Shown here in pieces: positions 26,466 to 41,979 of a DNA stretch of 64,000 nt; the first letter of the stretch is position 1; each line of letters starts with the position of its first letter. The position numbers and the translations under genes are program-made. A model generated the notes under the pieces. That model worked only from the letters and a program-made list of their open reading frames with translations. It made no database searches and was not told the origin of the DNA. The stretch lies in contig OX597815.1 in NCBI GenBank assembly GCA_951406725.2, positions 215,140,001-215,204,000 of the forward strand. Direction: 5' to 3'. The stretch comes from Octopus vulgaris (lineage: Eukaryota).

Positions 26466-28215
26466 TCGTTCTCATCTGTTTGAGAGAGAACTAAAATGGA
26501 TATATGAAGTATTGATAAGGTTTCTCAGATTGGTATCAGCTTATTTCATAAAAATGTAAAGGCAATGTTAGTAAATTGTATTTCTTTTCATTATTCATAG
26601 TTTCGCTTTTTACTTAAGGAGGAAACGGTAAGGGTGCAAAGAAAGAAGCTATAATTGGTGGAATCGGTATGAATATATACTGATATTTATTCTGTTTATT
26701 TAACGAATAGGAAAATTAAAATCGGCTGGTCCCCGACCGGCATTTGAACATGCAAAATAAGGTTACAAACGCATTTGTTTAACGCTTAAAAAGAAAAGAA
26801 AGAGCCTGTATTGACATTTCGGATGCAAGTCATTCATCAGAAGAAATACAATAAAAATAAAAGAATGAGAAAAAGTAAAAGGATATAAGGTAACACTATA
26901 TGAGATTTTGGTCAGCGCGCTCTCGTTTCTACCAGCTTTTCGACATTTTAGGTACTTTAAAAACACAATTCAAGGGTGTGTGTGTGAGAGTATGTGTGTG
27001 TGCGCGTGTGTGTGTAAAGTTTATGTGTATATATGTCCGAGTGTCTTCCCTACTGTCATTTTTGTGTAAGAATCTTCTGTTCCTCCATGCTACTTCCCCT
27101 CTGGCTCTTTATGATTCCATTTTCCCATTCTTTATTATTTTTCAATAATAAAATGCTCTCTCCCTCTCTCTCTCTCTCTCTTTCTCTTTCTCTCTGTCTC
27201 TCTCCTTCTCTTTCTCTCTCTCTCTATCTCTCTCTTTCTCTTTCTCTCTGTCTCTCTCTCTCTCTCACTCACACACACACACACACAACGCTAATTGCTA
27301 ATCATAAATTAATTTACCACCGTCTTTGTACGTCTGACATCAAAAGTTATTTTATCTTTTAAAAAATGTTTTTATTTTTATAATTTCATTTAAGATAATC
27401 GCTAATATTTTTTGGAATCACGATTTAATTACAAAGAAACAAAGAAACAGAAACAGAAAAAAAGGGGGGGTGCAGAGCAGCAGAAGGTGGAGTGGGAGGG
27501 GGAAATGCCCCCCCCCCGAACAAATTGCGTGCTCAGCCGAGCCTCGCGATGGCGTTGCCGCAAAAAATGGCCAACGGCACTCGCTGCAACGGTCACTCCA
27601 CCTCGTGGGACCCATTTCTAAGACAGACCACCGTTATCCCGATTTTGCCGAGAAAAAATATCTCTGAAAAAACACTCTTTGTACACATTTCCATTCGTTC
27701 TGTCAGTCAATTTCTTATAATCTTATATTTCTTGAGATCACGCTTTTACAATTTATAGCCACACGTCAGAAGTAGACAGTCATGATTATATTCTAGAACA
27801 TCGTAGCTTGTTGATCTTACTTTCTTTTTTTTTTCTAAAAAATTTTTCATCCATGGTAAATCAGAAAACAACATTCGCTTAAAGTTAAATTTTTCAATAA
27901 ACTGTTTTCATCAATTATGTTACCGAAAAGACGAAACCAAACGTCAACGTATTCAGCTGCTAAAATCAGGTGTACTCTGAGGGCGGTAGAAACAGATGAA
28001 TTTAAGCTAATGCTGCCAGGAGTGCAGCTTGAAGAAATCTTGAGACTAATAGTAAAGATGCGCCTGTATTTTTGCATTCCTTTATTACATTCACTACGTA
28101 TGTTTCAAAATTCGATAATTAAATGATACCACATTATAAATGCAATCCATAGATGCATCTTATGAGTGCAGCATGCATAATTAAGACCGGACACTTCCTC
28201 AGACAGAAGTGCTAC

Positions 28216-28263
<48 letters not shown>

Positions 28264-29882
28264 TGCGTGTGTGTGTGTGTGTGTGTTATATTGCGAATTA
28301 AAAGCTGCGCCACAGCACATCAACAAACAGACTTCACTCTATTTGCATATGAGTCCCAGATCGGCGATTCATTTCGTTTCGAGGTGATCTGAGTACATGG
28401 TATTGATATTGAGGCTGATTTAAGCCCTCCTACTAAACTTGTTACAGTGTCTATATCATAAAGTAGCGATGTTTTATTTTATAACGTATTATATCATATT
28501 ATTATATATATTTAACTCAATGCACATGATCAAGTATAAATGTATGTATGAATGTGTGTATGAATGCGTGTATGATTAGATGTGTGTATCAATTCATGTA
28601 TGCATGATTGTATGCATACATGTATGCATGCATACATACCTTCTTACACAAGCACACGCATATATATACACACAAATATAAGTGTTTGAATGCCTATATA
28701 TGTGTGTGAGAGAGTGTATGTGTGTATTCATGCGCACAAGCACACATGCATAAGCATATATGCATACTTAAATATTTACATCAATATATACTTATGAATG
28801 CTGTAGACAAATCGGACATTTTTACAATCACATACATAAATACATACATAAATCAGACACACGCATACACACACACATACACATGCATATACACATACAC
28901 ATACATACATACATACATACATACATACATACATACATACATACATACATACATACATCGCCATTGTTGTGCTGCCCCAGCTGTCTCTACCACCACGAAG
29001 CACCATTAGTAAAGCTACCTCCCTCGAATCCCAATGCTTTTTCCTTCTTTTAAGTCCAGGGTGAGAATATCTTGTCAGAACAGAAGCTGTGTTTATGCTT
29101 TTCTTTGAATATTTTAACAAACGCTAACGTTGCCTATTCCACATTCGTACAACTGCAACTGTAATTGTCGCAGCAAATGTTACTAAAACCCTGTCAATAT
29201 TTATGTGAGAAGATTTACTTAACACAAAACTCAACGTCTGAATTACAAATCATTTATGAATAACAAAAACCATGGCGGCTGCCAATGTTCTGAATTGAGG
29301 CTGTTACGATTAGTTACTTACACACAACCCGCCTTTCGTTCTCCAGGAGCCAATAGAATTATTACCAGTGATATATTTGGGTCGATTCAGATGACTAAGT
29401 CTCTCTTGTGCTACTTTCTTGGTCTTGAGCCTTAAAACAAGTGTTTAACGATTTCATTTGCGTAGGATAAACGGAAATGTGATACTGTGGAGTTCATGAT
29501 TTTCTCATTTGCATTAATGGTACAGATCAAATAAAATATTCTCTACTGAAACGATCTCTCTCGTTTGACTCGCTTTTTTTTTTTGTTACAAAGCTCGCTC
29601 CTGCCGTTCTTAAGAATATAGAATACATTAAAAAGACCACACATTTGCAAAAACAAAGGAATGGAATGTACAAATGCCCGTCTTCTCTCAAGAACAATAG
29701 CGGTCTACGGGAAATGACACAAGAATAGCAAAGCATGTCTATGCCTTTTGCATGCAAGCTCTCACGCCTACAAAATTATCCCCAGCTTGCTTTTATTCCT
29801 ATGAACTTTATGGAATACACCCACTACTTCTCGATAAAGAAGATTCTGATAGCAATACTCCTGATGAAAACTTTTCATATTT

Positions 29883-30110
29883 GCGGTGAGCTGGCAGAAA
29901 CGTTAGCACGGGCGAAATGCTTAGCGGTATTTCGTCTGCCGTTACGTTGTGAGTTCAAATTCCGCCGAAGTCGACTTTGCTTTTCATCCTTTCGGGGTCG
30001 ATAAATTAAGTATCAGTTACGCACTGTGGTCGATGTAATCGACTTAATCTCTTTGTCTGTCCTTGTTTGTCTCCTCTATGTTTAGCCCCTTTGTGGGCAA
30101 TAAAGAAATA
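29883..30110 (+). mobile_element. SINE family B (tRNA-derived) with target-site duplication
   Basis: ctggcagaaacgttagc...gagttcaaattcc head; gaaaacttttcatattt duplicated at 29866-29882 and 30111-30127. Confidence 0.9.
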
Positions 30111-30258
30111 GAAAACTTTTCATATTTGCATTTACTTATCAGCTAGCTCCACATTGCATGTACCCAACTCTGCTCAACTGTGTCCACTTCTCTAACCTCA
30201 CTACGACATACACAGTTATCGCGTGATAAAACTCTTCCAATCCAAGTCAACGTTATAT

Positions 30259-30501
30259 CAGTGGTTCTTAACCAGATTCCATATGACCCTTGGCAGCACA
30301 TGTAAGATTTTATTGCTAAAATTTATGCACAATGGATTGTTTTTACTTATGCAATACACAAAACATTGTAACAATTTTTAATACTATTCCTTATAATATT
30401 TAATTATAAAAATATAATAAGATTTTTTAAACATCGAATGGTTATGAGGGTAAAAGAGGAATCAATGGGGTTCACAGACAAAAAAGGGTTGAGAAACGCT
30501 G
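30259..30501. mobile_element. hAT-Charlie-type MITE
   Basis: TIRs CAGTGGTTCTTAACC / GGTTGAGAAACGCTG; 8-bp flanks cgttatat / caccatac differ only by transitions. Confidence 0.7.
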
Positions 30502-30699
30502 CACCATACGATCGTTCAAACGGCTGGAAATGGCAAGAAATCTTCTTACAGTTAAACCATTAAAAAACACATCAGATTGTCAGGAGGATCATAGTTTCAG
30601 GATCTGCACCAAAAACAACTTCCATCATCACAAAGGATGATGGAAGAAGAGTTATTACTCACATTCTGCATCACTTGGAGTCTCTCTTTCCTTCCTTAG

Positions 30700-31720
30700 T
30701 CTCCCTATATTAATCACCGGCGATTTCTCGTCCGGGAGAACTTTGATGAAAACAATGCTGGGTCTACTATGAAAACCTGCTTAAGTTATCTGTTTATGGT
30801 GTTCATCCAGTTTTCATTTCTTGGGTCGGAAGCTCCTTGTCATAATGCACCATGGCACAACGTGTACCCGCAAGACTCTTTCGTATTCACATCCTATGAA
30901 TGCTGATCTATTGCAAGATTAGGTAATGTCTTTCCCTCTTTTTTTTATATCTATTAACGACCTCCTTACTGTCACCTCTAACACAACACATCCTTAATCA
31001 AATGATGTTCAATCTAAACATATGTAAGTCGTTGTCTATTCCTTCACTCTTGAATTTTCGACATACAGGCAACATCTGTAACAGAGACCATGTAATATTC
31101 AGTAGAGGCATGACTACCCAGTTTCCTTCAATGGCACAAAAGCACAATCACTAGGCATCACGGGGCCAGTCTTGTATCTCACTCTCCCTATTCAAAAGCC
31201 TTACAATCTCTTCATAATCTTTATGACATCCTCCAGATATAAAATGGTGCCAAAACTTTGGCTCAAAAAGTAGGACTTCTGTTTACAGTCAGAGAATATT
31301 TCAACCCTCTCAATTGTTCACTTTCTTCAATGCTTAAATAAGAGCCACATTGGATTATTGCACACATATCTGAGACGTTGTTCTTGCTACATACCGTAAA
31401 GTCCTTGACCTACTGCATCCAAAGAAAGACTATTCAACTGATAAGCAAAGCTTCAATCACCCAACATGCTTAAACTAATTGCACACATACGTGCTGTGTC
31501 TTCTCTTAATCTCTCCTGCCGCTACTACAATAACAACTTCACCTTCGAAATAGGTATTTATACTGCCTCTCCACGAAAGCCCACACATTCTTCTGGTCTC
31601 TACTCCAACTGTCACCTATACTGTGTCTCGCCTTCCAATCTTCGCACTAAGCACCTATGCCAATCTTCTAGAACATTCTTCTAGATATGTTCAAACTGAA
31701 CATCAACCACCTCAACGTCA
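30700..31720 (+). mobile_element. Old, internally deleted APE-RT LINE remnant (CR1/L2 group)
   Basis: Scattered ITGDF, IRATLDYCTHI and RAVSSL..CRYY motifs with many stops. Confidence 0.55.
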
Positions 31721-32049
31721 CCAGAGTGGGAGGCCTTAAAGATGATGGTTACTGCTCATCTTCTGTTGAGTATTTTTTACCAAAAACGGTAGAATCTCGT
31801 TTGGCAATGTTTATGCATATTTAGAAAAATTTCCAGAGTTAACATAAAGTTTTGGCTATGAGAAAACCTGAGAGTAAGTTGCGCCGGAAGTTGCAACAGT
31901 GGTATCCCACAATTTCATCAAACCAACTTGTGAATTCTAAAATTTCATTAATAGAACTCCATGAACATGCTGCGTTCACCTAGTTAGGTAGTATCGTTTG
32001 GTGATATCATAAACATTTGTGAAAAGGCAGCTGAGATATTGCTCTGCAA

Positions 32050-35000
32050 CATAAGAGATGTAAGAGCATCCATACAATAAGGGCATCCAGACAATGAAAG
32101 TATAAAAACAATAGGAGCATCTAGACAATAAGAGTACGCAAACAATAAAAGCATGCAGACAATAAGAGCTTCCAGACAACAAGAGCATCCAAACAATAAG
32201 AGCATCCAAACAATAAGAGCATCCAGACAATAGAAGCATGCAGAGAATAAGAGCATCCAGACAATAGGAGCATCCAGACAATAAGAGCATCCAGACAATA
32301 AGTGCATTCAGACAATAAGAGCATCCAGACAATTAGAGCATCCAGACAATAAAAGCATCCAGACAATCAGAGCATGCAGACAATAAGAGCATACAGACAA
32401 TAAGTGCAATTAAACAATAAGAGTACGCAAACAATAAATGCATGCAGAGAATAAGAGCAACGAAACAATAAGAGCTTGTAGACAATAAGAGAATCCAGAC
32501 GATAAGAGCATCAAGACAATAAGAGCTTCCAGACAACAAGAGCATCCAAACAATAAGAGCATCCAAACAATAAGAGCATCCAGACAACAAGAGCATTCAA
32601 ACAATAAGAGCATCCAAAAAATAAGAGCATCCAGACAATAGAAGCATGCAGAGAATAAGAGCATCCAGACAATAGGAGCATCCAGACAATAAGACCATCC
32701 AGACAATAAGTGCCTTAAGACAATAAGAGCATCCGGACAATAGGAGCATCCAGACAATAAGAGCATCCAGACAATAGGAGCATGCAGACAATAAGAACAT
32801 ACAGACAATAAGTGCAACGAGACAATAAGAGTACGCAAACAATAAATGCATGCAGAGAATAAGAGCAACGAAACAATAAGAGGTTGTAGACAATAAGAGC
32901 ATCCTGACAATAAGAGCTTCCAGACAACAAGAGCATTCAAACAATAAGAGCATCCAAACAGTAAGAGCACCCAGACAATAGAAGCATGCAGAGAATAAGA
33001 GCATCCAGACAATAGGAGCACCCAGAAAATAAGAGCATCCAGACAATAAGTGCCTTCAGACAATAAGGGCATCCAGACAGTAGGAGCATCCAGACAATAA
33101 GAGCATCCAGACAATAGGAGCATGCAGACAATAAGAGCATACAGACAATAAATGCAACTAGACAATAAGAGTAGGCAAACAATAAATGCATGCAGAGAAT
33201 AAGAGCAACGAAACAATAAGAGCTTGTAGACAATAAGAGCATCCAGACAATAAGAGCATCCAGACAATAAGAGCATCCAGACAATAAGAGCATCCAGACA
33301 ATAACAGCATCCAGACAATAAGTGCATTCAGACAATAAGAGCATCCAGACAATAAGAGCATCCAGACAATAAGTGCATTCAGACAATAAGAGCATCCAGA
33401 CAATAAGAGCATCCAGACAATAAGAGCATCCAGACAATCAGAGCATCCAGACAATTAGTGCATTCAGACAATAAGAGCATCCAGACAATAAGACCATCCA
33501 GACAATAAGAGCATCCAGACAATAAGAGCATTCAGACAATAAGAGCATCCAAACAATAAGAGCATCCAGACAATAGAAGCATGCAGAGAATAAGAGCATC
33601 CAGACAATGGGGGCATCCAGACAATAAGACCATCCAGACAATAAGTGCCTTAAGACAATAAGAGCATCCGGACAATAGGAGCATCCAGACAATAAGAGCA
33701 TCCAGACAATAGGAGCATGCAGACAATAAGAGCATACAGACAATAAGTGGAACGAGACAATAAGAGTACGCAAACAATATATGCATGCAGAGAATAAGAG
33801 CAACGAAACAATAAGAGGTTGTAGACAATAAGAGCTTCCAGACAACAAGAGCATTCAAACAATAAGCGCATCCAAACAGTAAGAGCACCCAGACAATAGA
33901 AGCATGCAGAGAATAAGAGCATCCAGAATATAGGAGCACCCAGAAAATAAGAGCAACCAGACAATAAGTGCCTTCAGACAATAAGAGCATCCAGACAATA
34001 AGAGCATCCAGACAATAAGAGCATCCAGACAATAAGAGCATACAGACAATAAGAGCATCCAGACAATAAGAGCATACAGACAATAAGAGCATCCAGACAA
34101 TAAGAGCATACAGACAATAAGAGCATACAGACAATAAGAGCATCCAGACAAAATAAAGCATACAGACAATAAGAGCATCCAGATAATAAGAGCATACAGA
34201 CAATAAGAGCATACAGACAGTAAGAGCATCCAGATAATAAGACCATCCTGACAATAAGCGAATCCAGACAATAAGAGCATCCAGACGATAAGAGCATTCA
34301 GACAATAAGAGCATCCAGACAATAAGAGCATTCAGACAATAAGAGCATCAAGACAATAAGACCATCCAGACAATAAGAGCATCCAGATAATAAGACCATC
34401 CAGACAATAAGAGCATCCAGACAATAAGAGCATCCAGACAATAAGAGCATCCAGACAATAAGAGCATTCAGACAATAAGAGCATCCAGACAATAAGCGCA
34501 TTCAGACAATAAGAGCATCCAGACAATAAGAGCATCCAGACAATAAGAGCATCCAGACAATAAGAGCATCCAGACAATAAGAGCATACAGACAATAAGAG
34601 CATCCAGACAATAACAGCATCCAGACAATAAGTGCATTCAGACAATAAGAGCATCCAGACAATAAGAGCATTCAGACAATAAGAGCATGAGACAAAAAGA
34701 CCATCCAAACAGTAAGAGCATCCAGACAATAAGAGCATACAGACAATAAGAGCATCCAGACAATAAGAGCATACGGACAATAAGAGCATACAGACAATAA
34801 GACCAACCAGACAATAAGAGCATCCAGACAATAAGAGCATTCAGAGAATAAGAGCATACAGACAATAAGTGCATTCAGACAATAAGAGCATACAGACAAT
34901 AAGAGCATATAGACAATAAGAGCATCCAGACAATAAGAGCATTCAGACAATAAGAGCATCCAGACAATAAGAGCATCCAGACAATAAGAGCATCCAGACA

Positions 35001-38000
35001 ATAAGAGCATACAGACAATAAGAGCATACAGACAATAAGAGCATCCAGACAATAAGAGCATTCAGACAATAAGAGCATACAGACAATAAGAGCATCCAGA
35101 CAATAAGAGCATCAAGACAATAAGAGCATCCAGACAATAAGAGCATACAGACAATAAGAGCATACAGACAATAAGAGCATCCAGACAATAAGTGCATCCA
35201 GACAATAAGAGCATCCAGACAATAAGAGCATACAGACAATAAGAGCATTCAGACAATAAGAGCATACAGACAATAAGAGCATTCAGACAATAAGACCATC
35301 CAGACAATAAGAGCATTCAGACAATAAGAGCATCAAGATAATAAGACCATCCAGACAATAAGAGCATCCAGACGATAAGACCATCCAGACAATAAGAGCA
35401 TCCAGACAATAAGAGCATACAGACAATAAGAGCATCCAGACAATAAGAGCATCCAGACAATAAGAGCATCCAGACAATAACAGCATCCAGACAATAAGTG
35501 CATTCAGACAATAAGAGCATCCAGACAATAAGAGCATTCAGACAATAAGAGCATTCAGACAATAAGACCATACAAACAAGAAGAGCATCCAGACAATAAG
35601 AGCATACAGACAATAAGAGCATCCAGACAATAAGAGCATCCAGACAATAAGAGCATCCAGACAATAAGACATAACAGACAATAAGAGCATCCAGACAATA
35701 AGAGCATTCAGACAATAAGAAATCATCAGACAATAAGAGCATTCAGACAATAAGAGCATACAGACAATAAAAGCATATAGACAATAAGAGCATCCAGACA
35801 ATAAGAGCATTCAGACAATAAGAGCATTCAGACAATAAGAGCATCCAGACAATAAGAGCATCCAGACAATAAGTGCATTCAGACAATAAGAGCATACAGA
35901 CAATAAGACCATCCAGACAATAAGAGCATTCAGACAATAAGAGCATACAGACCATAAGAGCATCCAGACATTAAGAGCATCCAGACAATAAGACCATCCA
36001 GACAATAAGTGTCGAGCATACAGACAATAAGAGCATCCAGACAATAAGACCATCCAGACAATAAGAGCATCCAGACAATAAGAGCATCCAGACAATAAGA
36101 GCATCCAGACAATAAGAGCATACAGACAATAAGAGCATACAGACAATAAGAGCATCCAGACAATAAAAGCATACAGACAATAAGAGCATTCAGATAATAA
36201 GAGCATACAGACAATAAGAGCATACAGATAATAAGACCATGCAGACAATAAGCGCATCCAGACAATAAGAGCATCCAGACAATAAGAGGATACAGACAAT
36301 AAGTGCATTCAGACAATAAGAGCATTCAGACAATAAGAGCATTCAGACAATAAGACCATCCAGACAATAAGCGCATTCAGACAATAAGAGCATCAAGATA
36401 ATAAGACCATCCAGACAATAAGAGCATCCAGACGATAAGACCATCCAGACAATAAGATTATCCAGACAATAAAAGCATCCAGACAATCAGAGCATCCAGA
36501 CAATTAGTGTATCCAGACAATAAGAGCATCCAGACAATAAGACCATCCAGACAATAAGAGCATCCAGACAATAAGTGCATTCAGACAATAAGAGCATCCA
36601 AACAATAAGAGCATGCAGACAATAGAAGCATGCAGAGAATAAGAGCATCCAGACAATAGGAGCATCCAGACAATAAGACCATCCAGACAATAAGAGCATT
36701 CAGACAATAAGAGCATACAGACCATAAGAGCATCCTGACATTAAGAGCATCCAGACAATAAGACCATCCAGACAATAAGTGTCGAGCATTCAGACAATAT
36801 GAGCATACAGACAATAAGAGCATCCAGACAATAAGACCATCCAGACAATAAGAGCATCCAGACAATAAGAGCATACAGACAATAAGAGCATCCAGATAAT
36901 AAGAGCATACAGACAATAAGAGCATACAGACAATAAGAGCATCCAGACAATAAAAGCATACAGACAATAAGAGCATCCAGATAATAAGAGCATACAGACA
37001 ATAAGAGCATACAGATAATAAGACCATGCAGACAATAAGCGCATCCAGACAATAAGAGCATCCAGACAATAAGAGCATACAGACAATAAGTGCATTCAGA
37101 CAATAAGAGCATTCAGACAATAAGAGCATTCAGACAATAAGACCACACAGACAATAAGACGAAACAATAAGAGGTTGTAGACAATAAGAGCATCCAGACA
37201 ATAAGAGCTTCCAGACAACAAGAGCATTCAAACAATAAGAGCATCCAAACAGTAAGAGCACCCAGACAATAGAAGCATGCAGAGAATAAGAGCATCCAGA
37301 ATATAGGAGCACCCAGAAAATAAGAGCAACCAGACAATAAGTGCCTTCAGGACAATAAGAGCATCCAGACAGTAGGAGCATCCAGACAATAAGAGTATCC
37401 AGACAATAAGAGCATACAAACAATAAGAGCATCCAGACAATAAGAGCATACAGACAATAAGAGCATCCAGATAATAAGAGCATACAGACAATAAGAGCAT
37501 ACAGACAATAAGAGCATCCAGACAAAAAAAGCATACAAACAATAAGAGCATCCAGATAATAAGAGCATACAAACAATAAGAGCATACAGACAGTAAGAGC
37601 ATCCAGATAATAAGACCATCCAGACAATAAGCGCATCCAGACAATAAGAGCATCCAGACAATAAGTGCATTCAGACAATAAGAGTATTCAGATAAGAAGA
37701 GCATTCAGACAATAAGATCATCCAGACAATAAGCGCATTCAGACAATAAGAGCATCAGGATAATAAGACCATCCAGACAATAAGAGCATCCAGACGATAA
37801 GCGCATTCAGACAATAAGAGCATTCAGACAAGAAGAGCATTCAGACAATAAGAACATCAAGACAATAAGACCATCCAGACAAAAAGAGCATCCAGATAAT
37901 AAGACCATACAGACAATAAGAGCATCCAGACAAAAAGAGCATACAAACAATAAGAGCATCCAGACAATAAGAGCATTCAGACAATAAGATCATCCAGACA

Positions 38001-41000
38001 ATAAGCGATTCAGACAATAAGAGCATCAGGATAATAAGACCATCCAGACAATAAGAGCATCCAGACAATGAGAGCATACAGACAATAAGAGCATCCAGAC
38101 AATAACAGCATCCAGACAATAAGTGCATTCAGGACAATAAGAGCATCCAGACAATAAGAGCATTCAGGACAATAAGAGCATGAGACAAAAAGACCATCCA
38201 AACAGTAAGAGCATCCAGACAATAAGAGCATACAGACAATAACAGCATCCAGACAATAAGAGCATACGGACAATAAGAGCATACAGACAATAAGACCAAC
38301 CAGACAATAAGAGCATTCAGACAATAAGAGCATTCAGAGAATAAGAGCATACAGTCAATAAGTGCATTCAGACACAGAGCATACAGACAATAAAAGCATA
38401 TAGACAATAAGGGCATCCAGACAATAAGAGCATTCAGACAATAAGAGCATTCAGACAATAAGAGCATCCAGACAATAAGAGCATCCAGATAATAAGTGCA
38501 TACAGACACAAGAGCATACAGACAATAAGACCATCCAGACAATAAGAGCATTCAGACAATAAGAGCATACAGACCATAAGAGCATCCTAGACATTAAGAG
38601 CATCCAGACAATAAGACCATCCAGACAATAAGTGTCGCAGCATTCAGACAATATGAGCATACAGACAATAAGAGCATCCAGACAATAAGACCATCCAGAC
38701 AATAAGAGCATCCAGACAATAAGAGCATACAGACAATAAGAGCATCCAGACAATAAAAGCATACAGACAATAAGAGCATCCAGATAATAAGAGCATACAG
38801 ACAATAAGAGCATACAGATAATAAGACCATGCAGACAATAAGCGCATCCAGACAATAAGAGCATCCAGACAATAAGAGGATACAGACAATAAGTGCATTC
38901 AGACAATAAGAGCATTCAGACAATAAGAGCATTCAGACAATAAGACCATCCAGACAATAAGCGCATTCAGACAATAAGAGCATCAAGATAATAAGACCAT
39001 CCAGACAATAAGAGCATCCAGACGATAAGACCATCCAGACAACAAGAGCATCCAGACAATAAGAGCATACAGACAATAAGAGCATCTAGACAATAAGAGC
39101 ATCTAGACAATAAGAGCATCCAGACAATAACAGCATCCAGACAATAAGTGCATTCAGACAATAAGAGTATCCAGACAATAAGAGCATTCAGACAATAAGA
39201 GCATTGAGAGAATAAGACCATACAAACAAGAAGAGCATCCAGACAATAAGAGCATACAGACAATAAGAGCATCCAGACAATAAGAGCATAGACAATAAGA
39301 GCATACAGACAATAAGACCAACCAGACAATAAGAGCATCCAGACAATAAGAGCATTCAGAGAATAAGAGCATACAGACAATAAGAGCATATAGACAATAA
39401 GAGCATCCAGACAATAAGAGCATTCAGACAATAAGAGCATACAGACAATAAGAGCATACAGACAATAAGAGCATCCAGATAATAAGAGCATACAGACAAT
39501 AAAAGCATACAGACAATAAGACCATCTAGACAATAAGAGCATTCAGACAATAAGAGCATACAGACAATAAGAGCATCCAGACAATAAGAGCATGCAGACA
39601 ATAAGACAATTCAGACAATAAGTTTCGAGCATTCAGACAATAAGAGCATACAGACAATAAGAGCATCCAGACATAAGACGATCCAGACAATAAGAGCATC
39701 CAGACAATAAGAGCATCCAGATAATAAGAGCATACAGACAATAAGAGCATACAGACAATAAAAGCATACAGACAATAAGAGCATCCAGATAAAAAGAGCA
39801 TACAGACAATAAGAGCATACAGATAATAAGACCATCCAGACAATAAGCGCATCCAGACAATAAGAGATTCCAGACAATAAGAGCATCCAGACAATAAGTG
39901 CATTCAGACAATAAGAGCATTCAGACAATAAGAGCATTCAGACAATAAGAGCATCCAGACAATAACAGCATATAGACAATACGTGCATTCAGACAATAAG
40001 AGCATCCAGACAATAGGAGCATGCAGACAATAAGAGAATACAGACAATAAATGCAACTAGACAATAAGAGTACGCAAACAATAAATGCATGCAGAGAATA
40101 TGAGCAACGAAACAATAAGAGGTTGTAGACAATAAGAGAATCCAGACGATAAGAGCATCCAGACAATAAGAGCATACAGACAATAAGAGCTTCCAGATAA
40201 TAAGAGCATAAAGACAATAAGAGCATACAGACAATAAGAGCATCCAGACAATAAATGCTCTTATTATCTGAATGCTCTTATTGTCTTGATGCTCTTATTG
40301 TCTGAATGCACTTATTGTCTGTATGCTCTTATTGTCTGAATGCTCTTATCCAGACAATAAGAGCATATAGACAATAAGAGCATCCAGACAATAAGCGCAT
40401 TCAGACAATAAGAGCATTCAGACAATAAGACCATCCAGACAATAAGAGCATCCAGACAATAAGCGCATTCAGACAATAAGCACATTCAGACAATAAGAGC
40501 ATCAAGACAATAAGACCATCCAGACAATAAGACCATCCAGACAATAAGACCATCCAGACAATAAGAGCATCCAGACAATAAGAGCATACAGACAATAAGA
40601 GCATCCAGACAATAACAGCATCCAGACAATAAGTGCATTCAGACAATAAGAGCCTCCAGACAATAGGAGCATGCAGACAATAAGAGCATACAGACAATAA
40701 ATGCAACTAGACAATAAGAGTAGGCAAACAATAAATGCATGCAGAGAATAAGAGCAACGAAACAATAAGAGCTTGTAGACAATAAGAGCATCCAGACAAT
40801 AAGAGCATCCAGACAATAAGAGCATCCAGACAATAAGACCATCCAGACAATACAAGCATCCAGACAATAAGTGCATTCACACAATAAGTGCATACAGACA
40901 ATAAGAGCATCCAGACAATAAGAGCATCCAGACAATAAGAGCATTCAGACAATAAGAGCATTCAGACAATAAGTGCTTTCAGAAAATAAGACCATCCAGA

Positions 41001-41879
41001 CAATAAGAGCATCCAGACAGTAAGAGCATCCAGATAATAAGACCATCCAGAGAATAAGAGCTTACAGACAATAAGACCATCCAGACAATAAGAGCATCCT
41101 GATATTAAGTGCATCCAGACAATAAGACCATCCAGACAATAAGTGCCTTAAGACAATAAGAGCATCCGGACAATAGGAGCATCCGGACAATAGGAGCATC
41201 CAGACAATAAGAGCATCCAGACAATAGGAGCATGCAGACAATAAGAGCATACAGACAATAAGTGCAACGAGACAATAAGAGTACGCAAACAATAAATGCA
41301 TGCAGAGAATAAGAGCAACGAAACAATAAGAGGTTGTAGACAATAAGAGCATCCAGACAATAAGAGCTTCCAGACAACAAGAGCATTCAAACAATAAGAG
41401 CATCCAAACAATAAGAGCATCCAGACAATAAGAGCATCCAGACAATAAGAGCATCCAGACAATAAGTGCATTCAGACAATAAGTGCATACAGACAATAAG
41501 AGCATCCAGAAAATAAGTGCATTCAGTCAATAAGCGCATACAGACAAGAAGAGCATACGGCCAATTAGAGCTTATAGACAATAAGAGCTTTCAGACAATA
41601 AGACCATCCAGACAATAAGGCCATCCAGACAATAAGTGCATTCAAACAATAAGAGCATACAGACAATAAGAGCTTTCAGGCAATAAGACCATCCAGACAA
41701 TAAGAGCATCCAGACAATAAGTGCATTCAAACAATAAGAGCATACAGACAATAAGAGCATACAGACAATAAGAGCATATAGACAATAAGAGCATCCAGAC
41801 AATAAGCGCATTCAGACAATAAGAGCATCCAGAGAATAAGAGCATCCAGACAATAAGAGCATCCAGACAATAAAAGCAT
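32050..41879 (+). repeat. 17-bp satellite array, consensus AGACAATAAGAGCATCC, at least 9.8 kb
   Basis: Hundreds of tandem monomers, degenerate left edge, ends at the N gap. Confidence 0.98.
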
Positions 41880-41979
41880 NNNNNNNNNNNNNNNNNNNNN
41901 NNNNNNNNNNNNNNNNNNNNNNNNNNNNNNNNNNNNNNNNNNNNNNNNNNNNNNNNNNNNNNNNNNNNNNNNNNNNNNN
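41880..41979. other. Assembly gap (100 N)
   Basis: Run of n. Confidence 1.

Noticed and set aside
32050-41879. CRISPR-like array
   Set aside because: Contiguous monomers with no unique spacers, no cas genes, eukaryotic context.
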